From: Raillietiella orientalis
Lineage: Eukaryota
Assembly (NCBI GenBank): GCA_036172245.1
Contig: JAYWIR010000056.1
Location: 682,001 to 746,000 of the forward strand
DNA length: 64,000 nt
Direction of reading: 5' to 3'
Made by a program: the position numbers and the translations under genes. The notes below the pieces were generated by a model. It had not been told where the DNA came from. It saw nothing but the letters and a program-made list of their open reading frames with translations, and ran no database searches. Positions 51,390 to 63,240 of the stretch are shown piece by piece (positions within the stretch are counted from its first letter, which is position 1; the number at the start of each line of letters is the position of its first letter).

Positions 51390-52075
51390 TTTGTTTTCGG
51401 TTCGTCAAGTACTGAAGAATCGTTCGCCCAGGGGCTCACGAAGCTCTTTTACCTTGTCCATACCACCCGAGACTGCGTGAAACGCGTCAAGCTAGGGGCG
51501 GATAACCCTGGAGGGACCACCCCATGAATCCAGGAAGACCGGAGGAAGGGGTCCGTTCTTCTTACTCTTGGGAATCCTCTCTCTGGTTGTCTCTAAACAA
51601 AAGGGAACCTCTTCCTCATTTTCTCCGGGAGGATCTCCTGGAGGGGGCCACTTTTCATTTCTTCTCCGGAGGGAACCCGCAAGGGAATTGCATCCTGTTT
51701 CCTCCTCTGAAGAGAACCACGAAGGAACGCTTCCCAGTTTCTCTGAAGAGCGCTCCCAGAATGGAGCAGTCCACTTCTTACTCTGGAGAGGCATCAATCT
51801 ACCAGTTCCTTAGTGCGTGACAGAGGGACGACTCCATTTTCACAAGCGGAGGGGAATCCTGAAAGGTTTCTTGATTCCTGGAGGAACCCCAGAAGATCAT
51901 CTTCCGAATCCCGACCAGTCAACAGGGGCATCTGGATTCCACCAGCATCATCCTGCGGGAGCAACTCGAAACGCGAGACGCACCCATTTGTCGTTGTCGA
52001 TCCTCCACACGGGGATTCGAACCCGTGACGCTCGGTGCCCCGCTAGGAGGCCGCAGCCTCACGGCCGCCAACAGC
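51390..52075 (-). mobile_element. Long tRNA-derived SINE, copy 3
   Basis: Shares GGGCTCACGAAGCTCT, GGAGGGACCA, CTCTGAAGAGAAC, GGGACGACTCCATTTTCACAA and GGGATTCGAACCCG.GACGCTCGGT with copy 1. Ends approximate. Confidence 0.8.
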
Positions 52076-52399
52076 GGACCGCCAATCCTCCTGGAGAAAA
52101 AGCGGGAACAGAATCTTTCCTCTTTCAGTTGAGGGCTCCTCCTCCACATTTTCGATATCCGGAATTCGTAGATGACCTGTCTTCACGGGTTCGCCCACTG
52201 TTTCATAAATCGAAGTCAGTGCTAGAAGCAAATCTACAAATTCAGTTCTTTTGTGCATTCAAACCACATCTTCATCCCGATGACCTTGTTTGTCCCGGCA
52301 ATAAAACAAGCTCTCGCGTCGGCTTCACTTTGTCCGTTTCCTTGGTGCGTTCTCCTCTTTGAGGAGTCACGTTCGCGCACGTTCGCGCACACGCGTCCG

Positions 52400-54000
52400 C
52401 TTTATCTGGTCGGTTAGATCAACGAAAGGGTAGTGTCGTGACCCCGCGCGGTCTGCGAGTCGCCGGCGAGCCTGTGGCAGAATCGTCTTGCTGGCTTGCA
52501 ACAGGTTTTCCAGACGACCACCTGGACTTGAAAGGAAAACAGTGCGCCCTCCTCTTTCTTGACCTTCGGCGTTCGGAGATCTCGAGGATGAGGGGCCGGC
52601 ATGAGCAAGAGAGAGTAGAGCCATCGCCGGGGGATCAAGTGGGGGAGTGAGGTGGGGAACGGGGGAGAGGGAGAGAGAACGAACGGGTGGGCATTTTCGC
52701 TGGAGAAATGGAGCGCCGCATCCGAGGCGCCACGCAGCAGTTGGGACACGCCCTGCTTTTCGAGTCGCATGAACGTTAGCGAGCGCGGATTTGTGGCCCG
52801 CCGTTGCACAATCCGTTTGCGGAGGCGCTACGTGGCGACCGAGGCGATCCTCGCTCACATTCGATGTGTACAGCTCGTGTACAAGGAAACCAGGCCGTCG
52901 GGAAGCCATGGTACAGCCAGGTGCATCGCTAGAGTACGGTTCCCATGCACTACCTGGAGAAGACGCATGCCCATTCACGCTCAGACGCACGCTCAGCCTG
53001 GCGATTTATTCAAAGGCTTTTGCCAATTTTGAAATCAGGTTTCGTAGATTCCATGCTTATCGCGTGTACACCTACACGCATGCTATATACATCCATGCGT
53101 GCGCAAGTTGTGTATATCCATCAGTAAGGCACAGGCATCCCCTTCCTATAATATATTTGAGCCCGTCTTCTGGTACACAGGAGTCGTTATAACCGCCGCT
53201 AGGTGGAACCAAATCACTGGATGCCTAGGAAGCAATAACTCTATGAGTATCCCACTCCCCTAACCTGGCCCCACTGTTTGGATAACTATCTACGCTCTCT
53301 GCTTCCCGGTTCAGGTGTGGCTTCCCATCCCGCAGCTGCGGAACGAGTTTCGGCTTGTCCACACGGTCGCATGGCAACGCCGCGTCCACGAGGCAAGGGG
53401 TGGGCACTCTCCAGTTGCGCGCAGCGTTCATCCGTGGACGGGCGGGTCGCTCGGCTTAGGGGCGAAAGCGAAAGGCGTCTGGCGAAGCGGAGTCTCCCGA
53501 AATCGAAACCGCCGAGCGCCCCCAAGGATCAAACACAGCGCAGGCAGAGGTCTTTCGCGCAGACCAGGAGCGCCCTGACGCAGGAAGCGAAACAAGCGAC
53601 CGCCGGCCAGGGAAGCACGGAACTCCTCCTGTGACAGACTTGCCCTCCCACGCAGAAGGAAGGGAAGGGGGGAGCGGTGCCTCAAGAGGACGCTGCCGGG
53701 TCGCGGGCGAGAAGGTTTCGGGGTAGGGAAGACCCGATGAGGCTTTTTTGCGGATTCGAACCTGCAGAGGGAGCTCTCCACGGAGATCCACGTGGACCGC
53801 CCTGCGCACTTCGCAGGGCCTGCAGGACCGCTGTCGGCCGTCCCCTGCGCGTTCCCTCGGATCACGCGCGAGCTGAGCGCGAAGAGGGCCAACGCCTCGA
53901 GGGTCCGGTCCCGGAGCCCGCCGACTGAACTTTTCAGCTGGAGAGGGCCCGTGGGTGCGGCTTTCGCGGTCGCGGCGCCGCCGCTCCGCTGCCGCCTCCA
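52400..54000 (-). mobile_element. Decayed LINE (ORF1 knuckles plus AP endonuclease)
   Basis: Cys/His cluster near 53.8 kb, then GR..CL..G....I..VY and AWE....APGCT......LYTS...LGRH, resembling the endonuclease DAW..PG.TW..R.D..SDH series. Confidence 0.55.
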
Positions 54001-55460
54001 TGCTCGCGAGATGGTGGTTAGGGAGGAACGGCGTGCTCCGCAGGGAGAGGAGGTCTACTAGGTCAAGGGGGGCAACCTGTACAGGTATGTGTGTATACGA
54101 GCGTGCACACCCACCACTTTCTTTTCCCGCCCTTCCAGGAGGCGCGTGAAAGACCTGGGTTACGAGGAGTTGGCACGCCTGGTCGAAAGGTATACGAACA
54201 GCAGCCCTGCTTCCTCGTCGGAAAAAGGACTGCTGTTTTGATGAACGCTCGGGATCGAATAATCACCACCGGCAAGCGCCCTCCCCTCCGGCTGCTCGCG
54301 AGCATGCGCGTGTCTCCAGCGGGCGCGCGGGGGCTTCGAGGTCGCAGAGGACCGAAGGCCTGGGCGATCGCAAGAGTTCTTTGGGGACGGGCAGCAGGCG
54401 ACCCGGACGGGGACGAAGAGGGACGAACCGGCGGAGGGACGGAGTGCCCCAGGGCGAGTAGCGTTGGGCGCGTCTTCTCTTGCGAGGGCAGGCACTGAAG
54501 AGCCTCTCGGGCCGGACGAAAAATGGTTCTCGAAAGGATAGAAAGGGCTGCCCTCGGGTGGAGAAAGTCGCCAACGGCCTTAAGAGTTTAAGGAATGCCT
54601 CGGAGCAACCCTCCGTCCTCTCCTACTTCCCCACCGATTCCGGGAGAGTCGCGAGCGGTCTGACACTCGCGACGGGGAAAGTGCGAACTGACCTGGGAAG
54701 CGCCGGAAGCGGGAACGAAGTTCTCGTGTAAGAAGGAAGGAGGATTTCGAGCAGAAGTGCAGGAGGGCAAGGCACTGATATCTCCCTGAAAACGTGCAGG
54801 GAGCCGGGGACCTTCGTTAGACGTTCGCCGTGCCGGAGGCGACGGTCCCAGGCCGACTCTCCCGGAAGACCGAGGCAGCGGTCAGCTTGCGAGCATCGCT
54901 GTCCCAAGAGGAAGGAGATGCCATCTCAGACCCTTTCGTGGGTGGGATCTTCACCTGCGAGACTCAAGGAGGAAGGAGGGATTTTGGTTTGCTTTTTTTT
55001 TTCCAAGATGTTTCGTGCGAAGCTGCCAGAGGTTTCCTGCGCGATGCGGATCTCGCGGGGACTTCTCGAGGAAGGGGGGAGACTGCTGTTTGACGAGCGA
55101 CCTTTCAACGACCTTTCCCCTGCCTTGGGCCCTGTTGCGGCCAAGGCGACGAGTCGGTCGTGACGTCAGGGGGCTGATTGCCTCCCTGTATCCGCAGCCG
55201 CGCGGAAGCGGCGTCTGGGTGATGGTCACCAGAAGACCGACCGGGCTAAGAGACCGAGGGAGGGCAGAAGGGATTCCTGGGGCCCCTCCGATGACTCCGA
55301 GCGGCACGGCCCCCAAAGTCACCATCGTCGTCGTAAACTCTTTTATTGTGGGCGCAGTCGGGAGGAACGTTTTCTCCCCGGGGGGTGATCGCTGCCAACC
55401 TCAAGTTTGTTCCTCGCTCTTTACTCGAAGGCCGCTCCCAGGCGCGTCTCCCGCGACCTC

Positions 55461-58400
55461 TCACTTGCCAGGCTGCAAGAGCCGCCGCGGGGAAGGCGGC
55501 GGCGGGGCCGGAAGTCGCCTCTTCTCGAGCAGCTCGATGGCCTCCGATGGTGGGTTCCCCGCTGCACCGCCGGTCCTCTTCCTCCTGACCCTCCTGGCGG
55601 TCCCAGGAGGGGAAGGGCGTGGTCTCGCATTCCATAGCTGCTCCTCCCCGCGGCCGAAGACCACGAACACAATGTTCCCGACCAGCAGCACGACCGAGGC
55701 TATCAGGAAGGTCATCTTCCAGCGGGCGACGGTATGCTGGGGGCGGAGGAGATGGAGGGGGAAGGGCAGCTGGAGGAGATGCTTCGATGGCTCACCTGCT
55801 CCTGTGTCAGTGCCGACGCGGTCGCGGGAACCAGCAGCTCCGGCAGGCATCCCGCGGCGCTGGACAGCCCGATGATGACCCCTGGAAACAGGCCCTTCGT
55901 CGGCGGCCCTCCCCTCGCGGGAGGAGGGAGGAGGCACTGGGCAAGGAGTGCAGAGAGGAACCCCTGCTGCTGATACCGGCGTAGTTGGGGGCCAGGTCCA
56001 AGACGTTGGTCCAGAATCCGGAGTACTGGGCGCCGCTGAAGAGGAGGCAGAAGGAGAAGCAGACGACTGCAGCGGCGGAGTTGCAGCCCGAGAAGGCGAC
56101 GCCAACCAGGAAGAGGGCGGGCAGGAGCATGCCTGAGGGACCGCTCAGGAGGATGGCCGTGCGGAGAGCACCCGAGCAAGCCCCACCCCTCCATTCTGTT
56201 CCCATGCCTCACTTATGGTGGTTGCCATCTTGCGCACCGCCGTGGTGGATATGAGCTTCCGATGCCTGAGGCAGTCGGCCAAGGCACTGAAACTCACGCT
56301 GAAGACCCAAAGGGCAAGGTAGGGGCCGGCAGTAGCGGCGGCGTTCTTCCAGGACAAGGGGGAGAAAGGGTAGTGACCTTGTCCCGTTCTCTTCCCCCTT
56401 CCCTCTCCACTTCACGCTACCTTCTTGAGGTGCACCCCGACCACGTTGCGCAGGTAGATGTTGGTCTCGTTGAAAACGACCCTCCAGCCCCAGCTGCTGC
56501 ACAGGTGGCACACGATGACGGCCCAGACAGGGGAGGAGCACAAGATATCTCGCCATGGGATGAGATTCTGCTGCATCTGTTGGGAAACCGGAGGGTAGGA
56601 GGAGGAGGAACGATCATGCGAGCGCCGAGCAAGAGGAAGAAACGCAAAGGAAGCGAGTAGCAAGGGAGCCGGGAAGAGGAGGAGCAAGAAGGGCGGAGGA
56701 GAGAGGGAAGGAAGAGAGGGAAAAGGAGAAAAGGAGGAGAAAGGGAGGAGGAAGAAGGGAGGAAAGAGAAAAGAAGGAAGTGGAAGATGAAAGGGGGAGG
56801 AGAAAAAGGGGAAGCGGAAGAGGAAGGAGTGCCGGGTGCTCACCCTTTGGGACAGCTTCTTCCCGACTCCTGTCCGATTCCTCAGGATGTAGTCCCTCTC
56901 GGTGGACGATATCCACGGGTGTACGATGGGGTCGTCGTGAACGAGGATGAGGAAGAGGAGCAGCCACGCGCAGCTAATGAGGCCGGTGGCGTAGAAGATC
57001 CACTCCCAGCCGAGCATGGCACCGATGGACGAGGGCAGCGGCTTCACGAGGGCCACACCGAGAGGAGTGCCTGCTTGTAGGGAGGGTCCCGATCCGGCTC
57101 GCACTTCCTATCTCACCCACGCGATCGGGGCACTGACCTGCCAGGACCAGAGCGGTCATCCTAGTCCTCTCGTGGACCGGCGCCCACTCTGCGATCAGGG
57201 TGTGCATGGAGGGCAGCAGAACTCCCTGCGGGACCCTTCGTCTCATCCCGGGGGAGGGGCGTCAAGTGGCGGGCGGCCCGAGCCTCGCCGAGAGGTGCTC
57301 ACCTGCGCCGTTCCCTCGATGAACCTCGCTGGGATGAGGGCTAGGTAGCTGGTGCGGGCCATGACGGGGGCCAGGAGGGTGAACAGGATTGCCACGGCCA
57401 TTCCCATGCTGAAGACGATCTTCCCGCCGTACCTGTGGGAGAGGACGCCCCCGGGGATGAGGGAGAAGGCGTAGCCAAAGCTGGAAGAGGCCAGCACGTA
57501 GTCCTGGATGCTCTCCTTCCAGACGAACTCGCCGTCCCGTCTCTAGGCGGTCCTCTTGCGGGGGAGGAGGAGGGCAGGACTCAGGGATCACCAACCGTCT
57601 CCGTCTGGTTCTTCAGCACGTAGCACTCCGAGGGGGTCCAGGAGGCGTAGCGATCCCTGCCTGCTGCAAGGGCCGTGTGGTTGATCATCCCCACAATGCC
57701 AATCTCCAGATTGATGCGAAGGAGGTAGGTCGTGATGTAGCCCAGGAGGCCCAGGAAGGCGAAGATCCAGCGGCACTGAGGTCTCATCCACCCTGGAAGA
57801 GGGGATGCGCTCGATGCTTGGAGAAGACAGGCTGGAACGGGGCAAGAAAGTGGGCACACGGCAAGAGGAAAGAAGGGTGCCGTGAGAAAGGAACAAGGAA
57901 GGGGAGGGGGAGAGAAAGGGAAAAGGAGAAGAAAAAAGGAAGTGAGGGGGAATAAAAAAGAAAAAGGAGAAGAGGGGGAGGAAGGGGAGAAGAGGAGAAT
58001 AGAAAAAGAAAAAGAGAAGGAGGGGAGTGGGAAGAGAGGGAAAGAGGAAGAAGAGGAAGAAGAGAAAGACGAGCAAGAAAGAGGGAAGAGGAAGGCAGGA
58101 AGAGGAAGAAGAGAAACACGAGCAAGAAAGAGGGAAGAGGAAAAAGAGACAAGGAGGAAGAGAGTAGGATTAGGAGGAGGGGGAGGATCATGACGAAGAA
58201 CGAAGAGAATCGACCAATAAGGAGAGAAGAGGAGTGGAGGAAGAGGAAGGAAGGCGATAGGAGGAGGAAGGAAGGAGGACGAGGAGAAGAGGAGGAGGTG
58301 AAAGGGGAAGGGGGGAGGAAGAGAATTTCGATCCTTGGAAACTTGTGGGCGGTAGTGGAAAGGGAAATGAAACAAAGCTCTTTGCGTTCTCAGCAGTTCT

Positions 58401-58836
58401 CCTTCGTACGACAGTTTTTTGGCGCCAGAAGCTGCACACAGAGGGGTGAGCGGCCATCCCTGGGTCGGGGCGAGACGGAGGTTGGTTGGGGCGCCGGGAA
58501 ACGGAAGTTGGCTCTCCGCTCCTGGGACTCTCCGACTCCCTGCTGCTATTCTTTTAGGCACCGGGAGGAGGAGTTTTTTTTCCAGGGAAGGAGGCGCTCT
58601 CGGCATCTCACCCACAGCTTGTCCCGAAAGTCCGGGACCGGCACGGGAGCCACCCGCGTCGTCTGCGCCAGGGCTCCGAAGCCGCAGGCTGCCGAACCAC
58701 CACCACCACCACAACCACCAGCACGGCGCAAACCGGAGGACGTACCACAGGGGCTTCTGCGCTGCTGCTGCTCCTGCTGCGACCGGCGTCGTCCCGGGGC
58801 GCGACTGAGCACCGCTGCTGCTCGCGCCTCTTCCAT
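55461..58836 (-). CDS. SLC17-family MFS anion transporter (sialin / putative inorganic phosphate cotransporter-like), 549 aa. Exons 58836-58746, 57792-57596, 57542-57303, 57225-57138, 57070-56844, 56576-56421, 56345-56213, 56132-55977, 55881-55796, 55736-55461
   Basis: YLLRINL, GEFVW, RYGGK, RFIEG..QGV..PSMH.LIAEWAP.HERT, GWEWIFY, DDP..HPWIS..E, IPW..IL.S.PVWA, VRK, LDLAPNYAG, GEEQ.WN; all introns GT-AG with consistent phases (1650 nt). Confidence 0.9.
56620..56830. repeat. Purine-rich (GA) low-complexity tract in SLC17 intron 5
   Basis: Almost only A/G on the + strand. Confidence 0.9.
57860..58325. repeat. Purine-rich (GA) low-complexity tract in SLC17 intron 1
   Basis: Almost only A/G on the + strand for about 460 nt. 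Confidence 0.9.
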
Positions 58837-60922
58837 CCGGGCGGGCGCCGGGGGACGCCAGGCGGTCCTCGGCCCTCTGCAGAGATAAAGCGCCGTCAGC
58901 CTGTCGCCTCCACGCTCCCCTCCCCTCCCACGCGCGATAAGGACGTTCCCCCTCCGCCTCCCGTCGCCACCAGCGCCCTCTCCGGGGGCGAGCGACGCTC
59001 AAAGGCGTCTTCGGCGCACGGAGAGGGAGCGCTCCTTCTCCTCACCCCCATCATTAAAGAACCCGGTAAGGAGCTTCCGGGGAGATGTGGTACGCCTTCC
59101 GCTCCCGGACCGGGACCGGGCTCCCCGCTTCCCCGAGGGACGGGAAGGGGCGAACGAACGAGAGTTCCAGCAGCGGGAGGGCGCACGGGTGGCGTTCCCC
59201 GAGGAAGCGGCGCGTTCTCCTGACCGAAGGAAGTCTCCGCACCCTCAGCTCGCCATGGGTGGCCCTCCCGGGCGCCGTGGACGGATGACCTTCCGCATCC
59301 GCACGCCCACGGCGCGCGTGCGCGGCTCCTCGCGGCGGATCACCCCTTTCCGGCTCTCTGCTGTTTCCCGACGTTCCCCCTCCCTCCCCCTCGATGGGAG
59401 GAGGAGTCCAGGAAGGGCCGGGACAGGGAGGAGAGAAGGGTATGGCGCGCCCTCACTCGCAAGGTGGAACTCTTGGGGGCTCATGATGGGAGGGCTACGC
59501 TCCTGCGAGAGAGGAAGCGGTGGGAGGGGCGAGCGAGCTCTCTTCTCGACTCCTCTGCCCAGGAGAACGCACGCTCCGAGGTCTGGACCCACCGCCGAGA
59601 AAAGTGGGGAGCAGGCAGCGGACGACGAATCGGCAATCGGCGCGCCACGAGGCGGCGGAACGTGGAAGCGCGGCGTCCGGTGACCGGCCGCGCCTCGGCG
59701 ATGCCCCCAGGAGAAGCGGGTCGTCGCAGCAGGTGACCCCGACAGTCACCGTGCGCAGCACCCCCTTATCGCCTCCCTCCTCGCCCCCGCTCCCAGGAAG
59801 GCGGGATTCTGGTCCATCTCCAAGGCGCCCTCCTGAGCAGAGCGAAAGCTCTTGGCGCACGGGTCTCAGGAGGATTGTAGCGACGACCTCGTCCCCACAA
59901 TCCTCCTCCCCAGCACCTGCAGCTCCTCCGCCGGCGCGCTCTCCCCGCTGCCTCGCGGGCGCGCGCCTTGCCCTGCGCACCTGCAGGAGGGCAACTGACG
60001 CCGGCAGCGGTGGGAACGCGGACACGAGCTCGTGCCTCCGCCCTTCCTCCTCCTCCTCCCCTTCTCCACCTGCTCGCAGGTGCACGGAGCCCTGCCGGTG
60101 GCGTACCCCGGAAGCGACGCGCACCGGCCGCCCCGCTGTTCAGCTCCTCCCTCACACAATAGCATCTCCCGGGGCAGCCCTGGGGGCGAGGAGGGGCCCA
60201 AGGTCACGGGGTCACACATGCATGCCACGTACCCTTTGCGCTGCTTGTGTCGACGGACGCGGGCGCACACACTCGCAGGGCTCCTTGTCCGCTCACAAGC
60301 GACTGCCGGGACGGGCGGACTTACGAGAGGCTACCACGGCGACCGGAAGCTGCCACCTCGTCTCCGTCCCGGCGGAGGAGCGGCGGCGGCGGAAGCTGCC
60401 GCGCGGCTGGCGGATGTCCAGCGCCGGCCTCGGATCACGTGCGTCCCAGGAGGCCCCGGGGATGGAAGGCGGCGCTGCAGGAAGGGAAGCCGTCGCCCTG
60501 GAGGCAGAGGAAGGCACTGCGCGCGTGAAGGAGGTCAGGCTGGGTGGCTCTCCAGTTCCGCGCGGTCAGCCGGCGGCCCCCCCGACACACGGGGCTTTCT
60601 CGCAGACTCGCTGTCCCTTGGATCGCGTTTCCGGTCCCGCCCTGTCTTCGGCGCGAGCACCCCGTCCTTCCACCGCTCCCTCCTTGCTGCCGTCAGCGCT
60701 GCTCTTCCGACGCGAAAGAGAACGAAGACCGCGTGGCCGCAGGGTGCGAATTCGCGTGCGATCCGACGCTTCCCGTCCTCCCACTCGCTCGCGGATTCCC
60801 CCTGAAAATTCGTTTCGTACATTCTATTTCGAAGTTCATTCTGTAAATTCTCCTTGCCAGCGTATTCTGCGAATTTTCCCTTTTCAATGCATTCTGTAAA
60901 TTCCCCATGCAAATTCATTTTA

Positions 60923-60926
<4 letters not shown>

Positions 60927-60961
<35 letters not shown>

Positions 60962-61810
60962 TCATCCTGCTAATTCTTTTTGCAAGTTCATTCTGCAAAC
61001 TTTATCCAATTTACAAGACATGCAAAGTCGTTTTGCCAATTCTGCCCAGAAAGGCACCGCCGGCGCGCATTCCTCGCGGCAACGTCGCTCCGCCGGCGCT
61101 CTCCGTCCGTCGAGGGGCGGCGGCGCTGCGCAGGCGCCTCGCATTCGCTCCCACCCTAAACCGCACCTGTCATCTGCTGCTGGTCCCAGGCGCCTAGCCT
61201 CTCTCCCCCATCGAAGATTCTCATCTTTCAAGAGTCTGCGCGAGGCCCGCCGCGCGGCTCTCGCGCTTTCCGGGCCAACCTGCGGCCACAGGTTTCCCAC
61301 CTGGACTTGCTGGGGGCGTGCATGACCACAAGATAATGAAGTTACGGGTATTCCGTGTGTTAGGGCTCCCCGGGCTCCCTGTCCTGCCACGTCCGAAACA
61401 ATTTGGAACCCGCCGTGTAGCCGGCGCGCAGACCGGCGGGGTCCCTCTCGGCAGCGAAGGGGATTCGGACACACACAAAAAAAGATAGGCGAAAATGGCT
61501 TTCTGGGGAAGAGGAGGGAAGGGATCCCTGCTCTCCATCCTTTCCAGTGTGTCTGCAAGTTCTTTCCCTATGCTGCCCAGGTGAGACCATCTCGCGGAGG
61601 CCCTCAAGAAGATTCCCGCGACCAGAGGATGGCTCCCCTTCCATTCTGACCCCACGACGCGTTCCAGGCCGACGCCGTCCCGCGAAGATGGCGGAGAGCT
61701 GCGAGGGCGGCTGCTGGAGGCTGAGCCGCACCTCGCACGAAGAGACGTTTCAAAGTGTCCGTGGGGCCCCCTATCGGGGTTCCAAGGGTCGTCTCCTGAC
61801 GATCCCAGAG
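60927..61810 (-). mobile_element. 5'-truncated LINE 3' end with poly(A) tail
   Basis: LKRLF..GA..PAA.LAAL..L.GT..AW.A is homologous to 62290-62015; T-run at 60927-60955 is a minus-strand poly(A). Confidence 0.65.
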
Positions 61811-61842
61811 GGGCTGGTTTGACACCCGGTTGCGCCAGGGCG

Positions 61843-63240
61843 TTTATTTATGTAAAAAATAAACATACAGGTCAGAGGCAGGACGGTTGGTCCTGCCACA
61901 TTATAAACGTACTAAATGGACCTACCGAGAACCAGAACTCAGTGAGAGGGGACAAACAGAAAAGAAAAATGAAACGAAAAATATGTATAAAAAATGGGAG
62001 GGTTCAGGAAGGGATCATCGGTTGCTGGGGGTTGTCCTCCGCATCCTTGTAGGGATGCCTGCAAGTTCCTGTTTCAAGACTCCCAGTTGGAGCCATCTTG
62101 ATGCTGTCCTCATGAAGTGGACAGCCAAATAGATGAGGTCCCTGTCATCGTGGCCTCCTCTGGCGTTGCTCCATGCAGCCACGGTCCCGTGTAGGCAGCA
62201 AAGTGCTGCTAGGGATGCGGCCGGTGTGGTGGCGCCGTGCTGGAAGAGGCGCTTCAGGAGGCTTCTGGGATTGCCCTTGGAGATCCTCAAGGACGCGGCA
62301 AAGCGTTCTCACGGGGAGCGGAGGGCCACACGATCCACGAGCAGGTGCGGGATGGACTGTCCCTTGCCGCAACTGCCGCAGTTCGGGCTCACCTCCTCCC
62401 CCGGATCCAATGGTGTCAACGGACATTGCACGAGAGGCCCCAATGCAACAGCAGGGTCGCTGACATTCCTGCCACTTTAGGGGAAGAACTGCACTTTCCA
62501 GCACGCTGGGGGCTACTGTACCTCCTCTGGAGGCATTTCTAGTAGCTCTCCCCAGCGTAGCAGTCCTTTTGGAGGGACACTCGGGGGGGGGCAGCATCTG
62601 TCATCTCCCGAGTTGACCACGCATTGAGATGCTTTCTTCTATTTTCGATAGTGCCCGTCACCTTCCACCTTGCTGGAAGGTAGCTGTCCCTTGCTTTCCG
62701 TAGGGAGGGCAGTGCTGGGACTAGGGGGTGAACGACGTCCAAAGCAGATTCCCGGTGTTACCCAGGATGTCCCTCAACGACTCACAAGTGTATCTGCTGT
62801 TTCGCAGGCAGATGAACTCTGCCCCCTCTCTCTTGCCGTTGATCTTGCCCCAGGCGAAAACTGACTGCTGCAGCCAAGTAGTCCAGTTCGCGGGAAGGAC
62901 GGAGATCCAGGGATTTCGTTGTACCAAGGCAACCATTTGGCGAAGTTGAGAACCAAGATGGCTGAAAATTCGCTCGCTGGCCGCGACGACCAAAGTCTCC
63001 CTCGCGGCCGGGTGTTCGCTTGGCGAGGATTCTTGCCGGAGTGCACCAAGGCGCAGTCCAAAGCTTGGAAGGGCAGTGCGAGTTTTCGGAATCGGAGCTG
63101 GCGATCCATTCTCTCCAGCGTAAGGAGGCCCAGTCCACCATCTTACGTGGAGCGTAAAGGTCCTTTAACGGGACCTTCCTGTGGCCCACAGGGCTTTTCT
63201 GAGGTGATCTTCCGTACCCTGATTTTTGTTTGTCCCACCC
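61843..63240 (-). mobile_element. 5'-truncated L1/Tx1-type LINE (ORF2 C-terminal part)
   Basis: TEDHLRKALW..., KDLYAPRK.GGLG.L across frameshifts; AATAAA on the minus strand near 61848; inverted homolog of 63240-64000. Confidence 0.75.

Noticed and set aside
55461..58836. Vesicular glutamate transporter functionally clustered with the NMDA receptor
   Set aside because: Lacks the VGLUT TM7 CRSW Arg and the TM4 Glu; a generic SLC17 member 30 kb away.
57581..59002. 473-aa minus-strand ORF
   Set aside because: Mostly the CT-rich intron 1 read through without stops; only the last part is a real SLC17 exon.
59520..60899. 459-aa ORF and overlapping long ORFs
   Set aside because: Low-complexity Arg/Pro/Ser/Gly content expected in very GC-rich DNA; no recognisable domain.
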